Source: the human T2T-CHM13v2.0 reference genome, Homo sapiens
Assembly: GCF_009914755.1 (NCBI RefSeq)
Contig: NC_060938.1
DNA length: 64,000 nucleotides
Direction: 5' to 3' (one strand)
Made by a program: the position numbers and the translations under genes. Shown here in pieces: positions 14,723-30,388 of the stretch. Below the pieces are notes generated by a model. It was not told the origin of the DNA. It saw only the letters and a list, made by a program, of their open reading frames with translations, and did not search any database. The first letter of the stretch is position 1. Every line of letters begins with the position of its first letter.

Positions 14723-16224
14723 CTCTCTGGCTCTAATGAATCTAGACAGTTGGTACCTTTTAAACTATGCTTCAATACCTTGAAATGGAGGATGACTGGG
14801 GAAGGAGAGGCAGTTTTGTTGATTTTCACTTTTAGAAACTGCTTCATTTTTAAGTCCTTCTCATAGTTTTGATTAGCTTCCAGCAACTCACATTCCTTTG
14901 AAAATTCAAAGTACTGTACTACTATTCTTGTGTGGAATTTCTTTTCACTGAGGATTATACTGGTTTAGTTTCACTGAATTATGAAGTATATGGAAATTAT
15001 GTTTTTTAGAATCTGTCAGAATATCTGTTTTAGCGAGGAGGCAGAACTCCCAAGAAGGGAGTTATCTCGTTCTCCTGGAGAGCAAACAGAAAATCATTCA
15101 TCATAATTGTATATATGTGTGTAACATTATTTCTTCTCCCCAACACCCCGAACCCGTTCTTCTAAACCACAGCTGATTTAGGTAAAAATGAGTAAGGGTG
15201 AAGTTTCTGGGACTGTAGGAGAGAGCTAAAGTAACTAAATTCCATTAGCTTCAAGAGTTTATAACTAATAAGATAACAAATAAGATATTAAATATTCTAA
15301 CAGGAAGAATATGTAGAAACTTAGAGCACTTTATTTTAGAGGGTACTTAGAATCATTCCACAGTGGAAGCAAAGCCCTAGTAGATTTTATACCTTTGTAG
15401 CTTAGCTGTGCTAGATCTGACCATTATAATTATCACTAAATTGTTGATTGAAGCATGGTTTACATTCTCAGTATTCTGTATTTCTGTCCTGGGGTTACCC
15501 TTTAGATAGCAATGGTACTTTTCCAATGAACTCCTTGCACTTGGATTCATTTCTCTAAAGTGTAGGGAGCCATTGGTATAACTCACAGTGTGGTTAACTG
15601 CCTGTTTGAAAGCAGTGGATAGAATTGAAATCTGATTTACCTAGCATTCATCCATAAAAGAGGCCTGTTTATGGAATGCGATGTTAAAGGAGGCCTTATA
15701 TTTATCTTATATCATATTATGTTTATGAACAGCATCTTTCACATAGTAATCTCCTAATAATGTCTGGGGAAAGTTCATGCAGCCTTTCTCTCATTGTGTA
15801 CATAGGAAGTTCTCCATTCTTTTCGGCCTCCAGTCAGAACACTTAGATATCCAACTTATTGAAGGTGTTAATTTCTGCTTAAACTCTGATTCAGGATATG
15901 AGTTTGGAAATGGACATCTCTCAGTATTCATGGGGAATGAGCTTTGATCTTCATCTCAGTATAGCATTGCACTCATAAATGTAGCAATTGTCATATACTT
16001 AATCCACCCCTGCAAAAGACTGATCCTGTGACATGGGAGTGAGAGAGGAAAGTCACCCAGAGCCAGTGGCGGAAGTTTTCAGGAACAGAGATACAAGAAA
16101 CTTGGCGTGATCCAGTCCATATGATAGAGAGCATAATAAACAAAATAAGACAAAATTGAAACAATGAGCTTTTACACACTGATGGTAAAAACAGCAGTTT
16201 GAAAAACATTGTTTTAAGTCACAG

Positions 16225-16449
16225 CAGAGGTCAGCAAACTTTTTCTGTAAATAGCCAGATAGTAAATATTTTAGGCTTTGCAGGCCATAGCATCTCTGTT
16301 GCAACTACTCAGCTCTGCCATGGTAGAGTGAAAACAGCCATAAACAATATGTAAATGAATGAGTGTGGCGGTCTTTCAACAAAACTTTATGTACAAAAAC
16401 AGGCAATGGGCTGGATTTGGCCTATAGGTCCTAGTGTGCAGACCCATAG
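16225..16449 (+). mobile_element. MER58A (hAT-Charlie MITE)
   Basis: Terminal inverted repeats cagaggtcagcaaact...agtgtgcagaccc; internal ggccatagcatctctgttgcaactactcagctctgcc. Confidence 0.85.
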
Positions 16450-16658
16450 ACTAGAGTAACAGAACCATTTGAAGGGCTTGTTAAAACAATTGTTCCTCCA
16501 TCCCATTTCTGATTCATTAGGTTTGGAATAACCTAATGAATAGGCAGAATCCTCCCTTTTTGTTTTAATAATAATAGCCACCACTTAAGCACTTGCTGTG
16601 TTCCAAGCACTATTCAGGGTTCTCTATACACATTAACTCATTTAAAAATGAATTTCAG

Positions 16659-16963
16659 GGCCGGGCGTGGTGGCTTATGCCTGTAATCCCAGCACTTTGG
16701 GAGGCCAAGGCAGGTGGATCACAAGGTCAGGAGTTCGAGACCAGCCTGACCAATATGGTGAAACCCCGTCTCTACTAAAAATACAAAAATTAGCCGGGCG
16801 TGGTGGCGCATGCCTATAATCCCAGCTACTCAGGAGGCTGAGGTAGGAGAATCACTTGAACCCGGGAGGCGGAGGTTGCAGTGAGCCAAGATCATGCCCC
16901 TGCACTGCAGCCTGAGTGACAGATTGAGACTGTCTCCAAAAAAAAAAAAAAAGCAAAAAAAAA
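16659..16963 (+). mobile_element. Alu (AluSg-like)
   Basis: Full dimer; TSD aatttcag. Confidence 0.95.
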
Positions 16964-18190
16964 ATTTCAGGATGGTTGTGGGAAGTACTGAATCTCAAGA
17001 GTTAGGAATGATCAAACAAATCTGTTATATATTGATACAGCCCAATGCATGTCTTCTAATTCTGTCTTTCTTCTCCTGCTGTCTTCCTGCCCCTGAAGGA
17101 GAAGGCAAAAGAAAACTTTTCTTTCAGCTGAGTCGGGGACTTTCTTGGGTAACAGTGACTACTGGTGACATCAGCATGAGTAGCTCTCCATGCTGGGGTC
17201 TGTGAGGAGGGCTGCACCGGCTGTGAGGCCTGACTGACCTGATTCTAATTGCAGACATTGAGCTGATGTTATTCTTGGCGCAGGACAGAGCGATTACTCA
17301 GTAGTTTCTGTTAAAGTGATCCTTTGTTAAACTTCTGCTCCCAACCCACTCCCTGCTTCCTTCCCTCCCACTCTCTTCTCTGCCTCATCCACAGTGAAAA
17401 AGAGCCCCAAAAGCAGAAAAATTAAGGACATATTGATGGCCAACACAGAATTGCCGAAGTTTCCTTTAACAATCATGGGAGAAAGGAGAGATTTTAAATA
17501 CATCTTAATTCTTCACTGGTTCCGGTCTCTTTCGAAACCCCTTCAATTTTTAGTAGACTTAATTTTCAACATTAGTAAATAACTCAAGGTAGGAGAAAAC
17601 TGTGCGTCCTAAATTTCTCTCATCCTTCTGCCCCATCTGTTCTTTACTTTTCCCTTCCCACCATGTCCAAGTTTACCAAACTAATCTGGATTCAATAATC
17701 CTAGCAGAAACTAATGTTCCTATAACAGGCAGGACTGGCAGCAGCTCATTGTTCACATCAAGAGGTCTTTCAGTTTGCTGGTAACATCTTGAGTGCAGTG
17801 TGTAACAAGCTTTTTGCTAATGCTGTGTGTGTATATACACAATCCCACAGGTGTGGAAAGGATTCCCATATAAACCGAACCATGTCTTGTTATTTTGCTC
17901 CTAAAAGTTCATTGCACGTGTCTAAAAAAATTCTGCCTCCTCCTGCAGGAATGAATTCTGTTTCGCCAAGCCTTCAGCTGCTGTGTGTTTGTGTTGTGGA
18001 GGAGGGGAGGGGAAAGAAAGAGAAATTCAGCAGGCACCCTGTCTTTTTCCAAGCAGCTGGCAATAACATGCTAGCTCCTCAGCGTGGCACAAAGAGCAGG
18101 CAAACAGTCTAGCCATGCAGGAGGTGTCTTGATACATCTTTATAATGGCGTATCAGAGAGGAAGGTTGGACTGGGGACATGAGAGGGGAG

Positions 18191-18192
<2 letters not shown>

Positions 18193-18224
<32 letters not shown>
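18193..18224 (+). repeat. (GT)16 microsatellite
   Basis: Perfect dinucleotide run. Confidence 0.95.
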
Positions 18225-18226
<2 letters not shown>

Positions 18227-18956
18227 AAGTTCCAGAGCATATTGACTCCGGAACTTAATGTCATAACCTATTGCTTCGTTGTTTTTTTGTTTGGTTGGTT
18301 CTTTTGTTCTATTTTATTTTCCCACTTGACTTTTAGCAGGAACTCATACTTAGTGTCTAGCTTTTAGTTATTATTGATTTTCCTAGGACCACTTGATTTA
18401 GTAGATTTTGCCAAGCCAAACTTTTATTCTTATTTAATGAAAATACATAGAAAATACATGAAATAATACTGCATTCGGTTGTTTTGGAAATAGGCCACTC
18501 TAGACAGGCTTTGGAGTCAGATAACCCACAGCTTAAGTCTTGGCCCTGTCTAGTCCGTGACTTAAGACAGGTTATTCAAACTTTTAAAACCTCATTTTCC
18601 TTATCTCTAATTTGAAGATGATGATATATACCTGTGTATTATCATGATTGTAGTTCTCAGGATGTGATATTGATATTACCATATGTCAAGCACCAAAGTG
18701 GCCATTTTTTTGTATTATCTCAGTGGATCTTTACAGCTGCCCTCTTATTAGCCTCATTTCACAGATGAAAAAGCATAGTATCAGTTAGATAACTTTCTCT
18801 GTGTCACATAAGTAATAAATGGTAGAACTGGGATTTGAACCCAGGTCTGTCAGCCTGCAGCATCCAAGCTCATGGCTATTATGCTATATGCTGCCTCCTG
18901 CTGCTAATAAGGCATTCAATAAACAGCAACTGTAAGTACTATTACATAAATTCTAA

Positions 18957-19291
<335 letters not shown>

Positions 19292-19436
19292 AACAAGTAC
19301 TTACTGACTCCTATGAAACTATGTTTGAAAAGTTATTATCAGGTCTCTTCACCAGTCTCCTACTATTCATAAGCACCATCTCAAAAGAAAAGTTTTCCTG
19401 CACTTAGGCCTAGACGTCATCCCAATTACCTCAATC

Positions 19437-19581
19437 TTTTTTTTTTTTTTTTTCCTTTTTCTGGAGAACGGGGTCTCGCTATATTGCCCAGGCAGGTCTT
19501 GAACTCCTGGGCTCAAGCTATCCTCCCACCTCTTGCCTCCCTGAGAGCTGAGATTACAGGCGTGAGCCACCACGCCCGGCC
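19437..19581 (-). pseudogene. BC200 (BCYRN1) RNA retropseudogene lacking the 3' unique domain
   Basis: Reverse complement reads GGCCGGGCG...CAGCTCTCAGGGAGG...GGATAGCTTGAGCCC...ACCTGCCTGGGCAATATAGCGAGACCCCGTTCTCCAGAAAAAGG-A17, carrying BC200-diagnostic bases. TSD cctcaat(t)ctt. Confidence 0.88.
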
Positions 19582-19924
19582 TCTCCTCAATTCTTAATGA
19601 AAGAAATATCTTAATAAGGTGTTCTTGGGCGTAACAATCTTGGAAATGCCCATCCTTTACCCTCCCTTGTACTTTTATTAAGTAATGGGATTAGCACCTA
19701 ACAACACATGCAGTATCCTGACGTTTGTTCTAGAGGTTTGGATAGTAGGAGCACTTGTATGGGTTGTTACTAATTCCTGTGTTATTAATAATACAGGAAT
19801 GATTTCTGTAATTATTATTTTGTCCTTTCAACACTGTTACTGGTAATGCTATTTTAATTTTATTTCTATGATAGGTGTTTTTCAGAAGACTCCCAGGAAA
19901 CCTGACAGGTGTCTACAAATGTGA

Positions 19925-20268
<344 letters not shown>

Positions 20269-21574
20269 TATGCTTGCTTTTTCAATATCATATAAGTCTG
20301 ATCTTAGTGTATTATTACAATACAGACTTTCTTTCATTGTGTTAACTTATTACTGATAGTAGCATAAGTACCCTGGTTATCATCATGTTGCTTTCTAAGC
20401 TGCTCCTAGGGGAATATTCTTCTGGAATCTTAGAGGAAAATGAACACGCAGTAAATGCTTCCTGTGCACCAGATGTAGTCTTATCTCCATTCCACTGATG
20501 AGGAAATCAATGTTCAAAGAGTTTGGGTAACTTAGCCAAGATCACACAGCTGCCTGATTGTGGAGATAATATTTTTACCAGGTCAGAGGACTTCCAAAGC
20601 CCCTTTCCACTCTACCGTCCTCCCCCACGACAGAATTGACTCTTCGTTTTCTTTTTAGTTTACATACTTATCAGTCAGATAAGGCATTCCAGCATTATTG
20701 CTGCTGCACTGCTATATACTCTCGTATACACAAATCTTTAAAAAAAAAAAAAAAGGGTCAGTGTAACCAATTAAGATTCAGAACTCAGCTTGGTTGCTGC
20801 AGCTGTCTGGTGACCAGTTTTATTCTCTTCCCTCACTCCGTGGCCTGTGGTTTGTTTGTTTGTCTGTAGGTATATGAGGGACTCCCAGCAGTAACTTTGT
20901 GTGAGATGATGAAAGACTTCAATCCATCCATCTGAGATGGTGGCAGCCAGGGGAAAAATACTTAATGAATATGTGACAGTAAGGTCTGTATAAGATATGC
21001 ACAGTAAACCAACCATGTGAGATCCTGGGCCAAACAAAACAAATTATACATTTGAAGACAGAGACAAGTTAGATGTTTATAACCTCAAAGTTGTAAAGGA
21101 AACTTAGAGATTGCCTTTGACTAATTATTTCATTTTAGTAATCAGGACACATAAGATACAGACACGTTAGGAGAACGGGGCCCTGATATACAAATAATTT
21201 CTTATAAGTACTAACAAATAAAAGTTAAAACACACAATTGAAAATGAAGCAGACCTATTTTTATTTAGCCAGTTGAGCTTTCTATCTGGGGTCATGGCTG
21301 ATCCTTTGATGTTATCTGTATACATACTCACACTTTCACTTTAACAATAAGTAACAAACATTTGCTTACAGACAATAATTTTTTTTCAAACTTTCCTTTC
21401 CTTCTCAAGAAAGAGAATGATCTTGGAGCAAGGTGAATGAAATTTGTCTTTATATACATCTGGTGGAAACTGGACACATTTCTACGTTTGCTTTAGAAAA
21501 GAGATATGATTTAAATAAATTTGCTTTAGATATGTTTGCTTTAAAAGGGAATCAGCATAACATAAATAAGAAAG

Positions 21575-21800
21575 GCAGCATAGTATAGTGAGGTTCTTAA
21601 ATCATACTCCATGGGTTTGAATCCCAGCTTACTACTCAGTACCTCTGCAATTATGAACAAATTTCCTAACATTTTTTGTGCCTTGGTTTCTTCTGTAAAT
21701 GGTGATGATGAGGAGACACAGGTCATATGGTTGGGAGGGATAAATGAGATAACATAAAGCACTTAAAGCAATGCCTGACCCATGATAAAAGGTCAATAAA
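21575..21800 (+). mobile_element. MIR
   Basis: gggtttgaatcccagct...ctgtaaatgg...taaatgagataacataaagcactt. Confidence 0.75.
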
Positions 21801-21801
21801 A

Positions 21802-22102
21802 GGCCGGGTGTGGTGGCTCACACCCATAATCCCAGCACTATGGGAGGCTGAGATGGATGAATCACCTGAGATTGGGAGTTCGAGACCAGCCTGACCACCG
21901 TGGAGAAACCCCGTCTCTACTAAAAATACAAAAAATTAGCTGTGCGTGGTTGCGCATGCCTGTAATCCCAGCTACTCAGGAGGCTGAGGTAGGAGAATCA
22001 CTTGAACCCAGGAGGCGGAGGTTGCAGTGAGCCAGGATCGTGGCCATTGCACTCCAGCCTGGGCAACAAGGGTGAAACTCCATCTCAAAAAAAAAAAAAA
22101 AA
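21802..22102 (+). mobile_element. Alu (AluSp-like)
   Basis: ctgacca...tggagaaaccc diagnostics; A tail. Confidence 0.93.
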
Positions 22103-22139
22103 GTCAAAAGTTAGTTGCTCTTATAATTGTGTATCACCT

Positions 22140-22960
<821 letters not shown>

Positions 22961-23237
22961 TATAATTTTTAACCGTAAATATACATGGCATTATGATGTC
23001 AACTTGGGGGTTTTACTTAAACCTCCCGGGCCAGAAACAGAAATTGATTAAAATGATATTAAAGAAAGTGTCTTAGGAGAAGCCCAAGGCTCATTAAGTA
23101 TTAATTAGCACATTTTTAAAACTAATAGTTACTTACTTGAACAATTAAATATGGTATGCAAATTAATTTGTTCATAATTATTAGAGCTATGAGAAGAATA
23201 AAAAGCATGATTAATACCATGATTAAATGGTTATTCT

Positions 23238-23547
23238 TTATTTATTTATTTATTTATTTATTTTTGAGACAGAGTTTCACTCTATTGCCCAGGCTGGGGT
23301 GCAGTGGCTCGATCTGGGCTCACTGCAACCTCCACCTCCCAGGTTCACACCGTTCTCCTGCCTCAGCCTCCTGAGTAGCTGAGACTATAGGCATGCGTCA
23401 CCACGCCCAGCTAATTTTTTGTATTATTTAGTAGAGGCGGGGTTTCAACATGTTAGCCAGGATGGTCTCGATTTCCTGACTTTGTGATCCACCCGCCTCG
23501 GCCTCCCAAAGTGCTGGGATTACAAGTATGAGCCACCGCACCTGGCC
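23238..23547 (-). mobile_element. Alu (AluSc/Y-like) with (TTTA)n tail
   Basis: TSD taaatggttattcttta. Confidence 0.95.
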
Positions 23548-24086
23548 TAAATGGTTATTCTTTAGAATAATATCTGTGTAGATTATTGACATGTTTGTCC
23601 AAAGGCATAAATATCTTACAAACATAAAAAGGACAAGAAACAGCATTAGCATCAATTGTGAGCTAGCTTTTCATCGGGTGCAAGCTGCTTTCTCAAAGTA
23701 ATCAAAGGAATGATAAGTAAATTTAATCCTTTCAGACATACTGATGAAATACAAATTGGTACAACCTTTCCTGAGAGCAATTTGGGAATATATGTTAAAA
23801 AGTTTTGAAGCAGAAGAATAAAGAGATTTCTGATCTGGCTATTCTACTTTGAGGAAATTATTTTAAGGAAATGATCCAGCATATGTGAAAAGGTATAGAT
23901 AACATGATGTTTATCACAACACTATTCTTAAAAAGCAAAGTAAACTGGTAACAACCTGAATGTGTGTGTGTATATATGCGTGTGTGTGTGTGCGTGCACA
24001 CGTACATATGGTATTTCAAAATGGAACTATAAGATTTTGGGGGTGCTTTTCTGTTTGTGACACAGAGAAAAAAAAAGACACTGGGG

Positions 24087-24089
<3 letters not shown>

Positions 24090-24129
<40 letters not shown>

Positions 24130-24409
24130 AGACGGAGTCTCACTCTGTCACCCAGGCTGGAGTGCAGTGGCGTGATCTTGGCTCACTGAAAGCTCCGCCT
24201 CCTGGGTTCACACCATTCTCCTGCCTCATCCTCCCAAGTAACTGAGACTACAGGTGCCCGCCACAACGCCTGGCTAATTTTTTGTATTTTTAGTAGAGAT
24301 GGGGTTTCACCGTTTTAGCCAGGATGGTCTCGATCTCCTGACCTCCTGATCCGCCTGCCTCAGCCTCCCAAAGTGCTGGGATTACAGGCGTGAGCCACTG
24401 CGCGCGGCC
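24090..24409 (-). mobile_element. AluY with T39 tail
   Basis: AluY diagnostics; no clear TSD. Confidence 0.95.
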
Positions 24410-24438
24410 TATATTTTTTAACTCAAAAATCTATTGTG

Positions 24439-24737
24439 GGCTGGGCGTAGTGGCTCACGCCTGTAATCCCAGCATTTTGGGAGGCTGAGGCGGACAGATC
24501 ACGAGGTCAGGAGTTCGACACCATCCTGGCCAACACGGTGAAACCCCATCTCTACTAAAAAAAAAAAATACAAAAATTAGCTGCGTGTGGTGGCACGTGC
24601 CTGTAATCCCACCTACTTGGGAGGCTGAGGCAGGAGAATTGCTTGGAGTCGGAGGTTGCAGTGAGCCGAGATCGTGCCACTGCACTCCAGCCTGGCAACA
24701 GAGTGAGACTCCATCTCAAAAAAAAAAAAGAAAAAAA
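24439..24737 (+). mobile_element. Alu (AluSc-like) with a small right-arm deletion
   Basis: TSD aaaaat(c/a)tattgtg. Confidence 0.95.
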
Positions 24738-27374
24738 TATATTGTGAACATATTTACATATTTCCATAGCTTCAAATATAGATGTATCTCAGTGTGTCAA
24801 TTTATAGCATTGATGATTGGTGAAGTATAATAAACCATAGTAGAAAAAATGCCATTAAAAACAGCAGTCTAGGTCTACGTTTATAGATAGGGAAAAATGC
24901 TCAGAATAGGTATTTGAATGAAATAAAAACAGGCTCCAAAACATCAGGTGTCATGTGATTCCGTGTTTTGTCAGCACACAGAAATACATGCATACATACA
25001 TATAGAAAATAAGTTTGTATATGCATAGAAAAACATCTAAATGTTAACAGGTTATCTCTGAGAGCAGAATTATAAATCATTTTCAATGAACATTTATTAA
25101 AGAAATTTGTTTCAAAAAGAAAAACATCAGTCTGCCAACCTTTTTATGTATGTGTGTGTGATCAAACAGTGCTGGGCATTGAAGGAGATATGAAAGAAAT
25201 GTAAAGCAAAGCAGAGTCTATGGTCATCTGAGTCTGAATTTGCATCAGAACGTCAACCAGTGTCTGATTGGTTTTGTGGCTAGATGAAGGTGTGGCTGCT
25301 AATAAGGGAAGGTCACCCATGTGATGTCTTAGGGCAAGGTGGTTTCACTGGCTTTTGTGGTCATGAACTGCAGCCCTAGTCTTAGCCAGCTGTGTCATAG
25401 CTACACTGTGCTGGTCAGGTCACACACTAGTCCAAGCTCAGTTTTGAGTATATGTGAATATCTAGTTGTAATTATCTTCATTGCTTCTTAAATATTGGCA
25501 AGTACAGTTAATTTAGGGACTCTCTGAAGAATCACACTGATCTCAATTGGTTAATGAACAATAGTTTCGAAATTTTTCTGTCCAGGTAAGCATCTGTCTT
25601 TGTATCCTTTAGAGTAGGTCATTTGAGGTAGTAAGAACCTCCTTTCCTACTCACTGAAGGAGGGGGAGCTTCGTAATTGGTTTTAGAAATGAGAGGATAT
25701 GTTGGAAGGCTTCCGACACCTTTGACAGCTCCATATCCTGTCTCAGGTATTTGTGTGCTTGGTCTCTCTATATGAAGAGGAGCAACTTCTGGATTGCTGT
25801 CCCATTCCTATTGGAGTCGTAGTACTGCCCAGTGCTTTATAGCAGCACCAGAAAAGTTGTACTGTTTCTCTTGCTCAGCACCCAGTCTTGTCCCAGCCGA
25901 CAAACACTGTGAATGGAAGACAGCCAAGAACTCCATACAGTGTGAGACAAAGGCCTTTTGGAAGCTTACTTTTGCCAAAATAGAAACAGTTACTCTCACT
26001 CTCACCTTGGCTGCAAGGTTTTTACAGCATCACAGGGTTGCATAAAAGTCTGGATGTGTTCTTTGCTCTGAACAGTCTTGGCCTGATTCTAGGAAGGTGA
26101 GTGATTAGTAACTTACATGCTCAAGAAAATGTACCTTCTCAATAGTTTAGCTTCCAGAGGGAAACGGACAAGAAATGTCTTTGCATATGTCATGGGAATT
26201 TTATCCAAATTGGGACACAATCTAATGTGGGGAGAATACTGCATAGAAATGTTTGCTTGTCTTAAATTAGAGTACAAGGGTCACAAAGAGACATTAACCT
26301 ACTCAAATAGAGAGTAGCGTTTGCCTACTTTATCCCCCTTCATTCTCAAAAAATGAATTTACAGAATTATTTCACTACAAAGAGGCATCCAGCTCTGCTC
26401 CATCACCAGGAAGCCTGAGTGAAGGCTAAAAGGAGTGTTTTTCTGGAAGGAATTAAAAAAAGAAAAAAGTCCTCCCAGAATTTAATCTCTAAACAGTATT
26501 ATCTTTCTAGTAAGAGAGCCCAGATCTTGCTTCCCTGGAACCTTCCAAGTTGCAGTCTGTGTTCTGTCTATCAGAAATTTTTCCTTCCCACCCATGAGCA
26601 CCCTTCTGTTGTGGGAGAAGGAGGGCCTTTCCAGTCTTTTGCCTGGGGCCAAGCCAACCCTCAAACTGTGGTTTTTCTCTGAGTCTTCTTGCTGTAGTAT
26701 GGCTGTTTCCCACACCCAGCAAAGAAACAAGAGTCATGTATATGCTGAGTGTATGTTGACTAGGTCTTGAGTGGAGGCCAGTGCTTACACAGCTCTCTCA
26801 TTCCCAGGACATTGACTAATGATGGTGCAGCTCCTATGCCTGTGTTGTTAATATTGTATATCGAAACCTCATGTTTCTTACAAATTATTAGAGAGAACTT
26901 CATCTAATTCTTCTGTCCTTTTATGAATGAATATCAGGACAGAACAATTCACATGATGGAGCAGTTCAGTTGGTGGGGCTGTAGGATTGGGGCCAGTACA
27001 GGACTCTCAGGGTGCCTGGAGAGGCTGATTTCTGCTGCTAGTTTACACACAACCATTTATATGTCTGCTTTTAACATTGTCTGAGTGTGTTCCTGGGTTT
27101 CTTCTTATCAGGTTTGATTGCTTTAATCCCATCCCACTTAGCCTTGGCTTTGGTGAAACACCTGGGGACTTGTCTACATTACCGACTCTTTGGAGTTTCA
27201 GATGGCATGCAATTATAATCATTTCATTATCCGTTCAGTGTATTACAGTATAATCACCAAACCACAAGTCGCAACCTAGAGGCCTTTTACTGTATTTGGA
27301 AAGAGTGTCTGCCTTCTGTTGTTGTATTGAGGCTTAGGCAAGCTTGAATCTGTGGTAGATTGAGAATTATTTCT

Positions 27375-27878
27375 AGTATCAGTTAAGATTCCGTTTGGCT
27401 GCTTGTAACAGAACCCTCTCTACCACCAATAGTTTAATTAAGTTAAAAGGGTTTTTTTCCCACATAGTTAGAAATCTAGAGATAGGCTCTTGCAGACTTC
27501 ATGGTGCCATCAGAAACCCATGCTCCTTCTGTCTTTATTCTCTGCAATCCTTAGCAAATAACTTTTACCCTATGCCTATCCACCTCTTGCTAGATTCCAT
27601 GCTGTAGGTGGGAAGAAGAACAGGGAACATGAAAGGGCATAAGGTGTGCACCAGCCGAGTCTGCCCATTTAAAGAGCTTTCCCAAAAACTGCACCCAGAA
27701 ACTTCTGTTTCCATCTCATTGTCCAGAACATATGGCATGTGTTATCCCTAGGTAAAAGAGAGGTTTAGAAATGTATTTTCTTTAGCTGGGCAAACATTAT
27801 GACCCAAACAAAGTCAGAGTAGTAATATTAAGAAGAAAGGGAGAAGCGATTTTATCTAGGCAAGTGGCAGTCTCCTAG
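27375..27878 (-). mobile_element. MLT1 (MaLR) solo LTR, MLT1J/K-like
   Basis: tcagttaagatt...ggctgcttgtaacagaa...ccatctcattgtccagaac...ctaggcaagtggcagtctc. Confidence 0.75.
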
Positions 27879-29994
27879 GCAGTAAGTTCTCCTAAATTAT
27901 TTTATTTTATTGTTTGAAGTGAAAACTAATCTTATATAAAACATCAGTATCTAAGGTCCTACCATAAATTTTGCATTTAGGAAGGTGTGAAGTTATTTTT
28001 GTTTGAGATCTGCAGAAGGGCTGACATATTTTGTGTCTGAGTATGAGTTGGACACAAATAACACACTAGGCACTGTTTAAAGTCCAGAAAATGGTCCTTT
28101 TACAAGATTACATCTGGATATAAATACACATTTGCCTATTTTGTTGTGTAGGAATTTAGTTTTTGCTAAAAAAAGATGAATAGTTGGGATTGGTGTTTTT
28201 ATTTTTAATTTTTAATTTTTTCCATTTATTAAGCACCTTTCTACTAGTCACTGTAGGGGAAACTAAAATTAATCATATATAAATTCAGCCATTTCCAGTG
28301 TGAATCACCCAGAAGGGAGAAAAAGTACACACGTAAGTGGCTATAATACATGGTAGAATGTACTGTGATGAGTCATACAAATACATTTTTCTAAGCATTC
28401 AGAAGAGGAAAAGATTATTTCTGCCAGAGAGAATTGAGTAAATATGATCTGGGGAGCCTAAACATATGTTTCCGTTTTAAGAATTTGCTTTCACAACTAG
28501 TGAGTGTCATAAGTCTGGAAAAATATCTTGAAGAAATGCATAAGCAACTGCCATTCACAAAGGATTACTGATAGGTGGACTTCGCTGTCATCCCATCCTT
28601 TAGTTTCTCAGTAGAACTGAGGTAGGTAGAGGTTTGGGAAGGAATGGAACATTTGTTGAGTGCCTACTGTGTGCCTAGGTCTTTGCTTTATTTCAAGAAA
28701 TCCTTATTGAATGCCTAGGCTAAGGTTACCTACATGATGACCTCCAAAAATCCAATGAAGTAATTTTTTTTAATTAAGCTCCTCATCTTCTAAAGGTGAA
28801 GTAATTTTAACTGCTTATGAGACAGCTCTGAGAAGTTAACTTGAAAAGATCACCCACTTTGTAAGTGACAAGGCCTACATTTGAGCTGAGGTACATTTGA
28901 CCGCAAGCCATGTCTTTTCCATTTACTCTGGGTCTCTCTGCCTTCCATTGATGACCTAATCTGCTTTTCTAGCCAGTGTTGAACAGTTAATTCCTTCTTT
29001 AGCCCAATCTAATAGGAATCCTATACCCAGCTGGTTAAAACTTGGGCTTCACTTGGGTATCTTGATTTGTACTCACAGATAATGTATTACCTGCTTAAAT
29101 GTTACTGGAACTAGACTTCTTTTGTCTTTTAAATAATTAGTTTATTTTTGTAATAAATAACTATATGCACGCAGTATGAAATTCAAAAGATACAAATGAC
29201 ATGTAGTAAAAAGTTAGTCTCCCTCCTGCCTTGACCCCTAGCTAACCAGTTCTTCTCCCTGAAGGCTACCAGTTTTTTGTGTATACTTCCAGAATTGTTC
29301 TGTGCAGATACTAGGAGAGAGAGAGAGAGAGTGTGTGTACATACATATATAGATATATATGGTGTGTATGTATTCTTTTTAAAAAAAACAAAAATAGGAG
29401 CTCACTAAACTCACTGTTCTGAACCTGCTGTTTTCACTCATTATTTCATTTGTATTTACATGTTTCAGATTTTGGGGGAAAAAATTATGAATTTGAAAAT
29501 ATAGTTGTCACCGTGGCAACATTTATTGAATAGATGTTCTTACCAATGGCAGTTCCCTTACAACATTAAATATATAATTTAATAAAGAATATTTTGATTT
29601 CCAAGAGCTCTTAACTAACAACATTTTATCCCCTCCTCTACTACTCACCCAGGGAATTTCTTTATGGATGGCTCAGTGTAGAACTGTTCTTCAGCCCTCA
29701 TTCTGATTTTTGGTCTCTTCCCATCTTGAATGAGGCACTTCCCAAACACTCCTTACACCTAACCTCAATTATTAGGATGTGGTGGTGAAAATAGAAGCCT
29801 GGGGCAGCCTGTTCCTGTGTCCCTCTTTACTTCCAATTGAGTTTCTCACACAGATTTTAAGGCCCTCAAATATGGAAACAACAGCTGCAAAGAAAGGGTT
29901 TGTTGTAGACCCTGTCCCAGAAGGCTGCCTCCTGCTGGAAGCTTTGGTTCCTTGTCCTGAGGAGGCCTGCTTTAGCAGGGTCAGGGCTCCTTGA

Positions 29995-30388
<394 letters not shown>

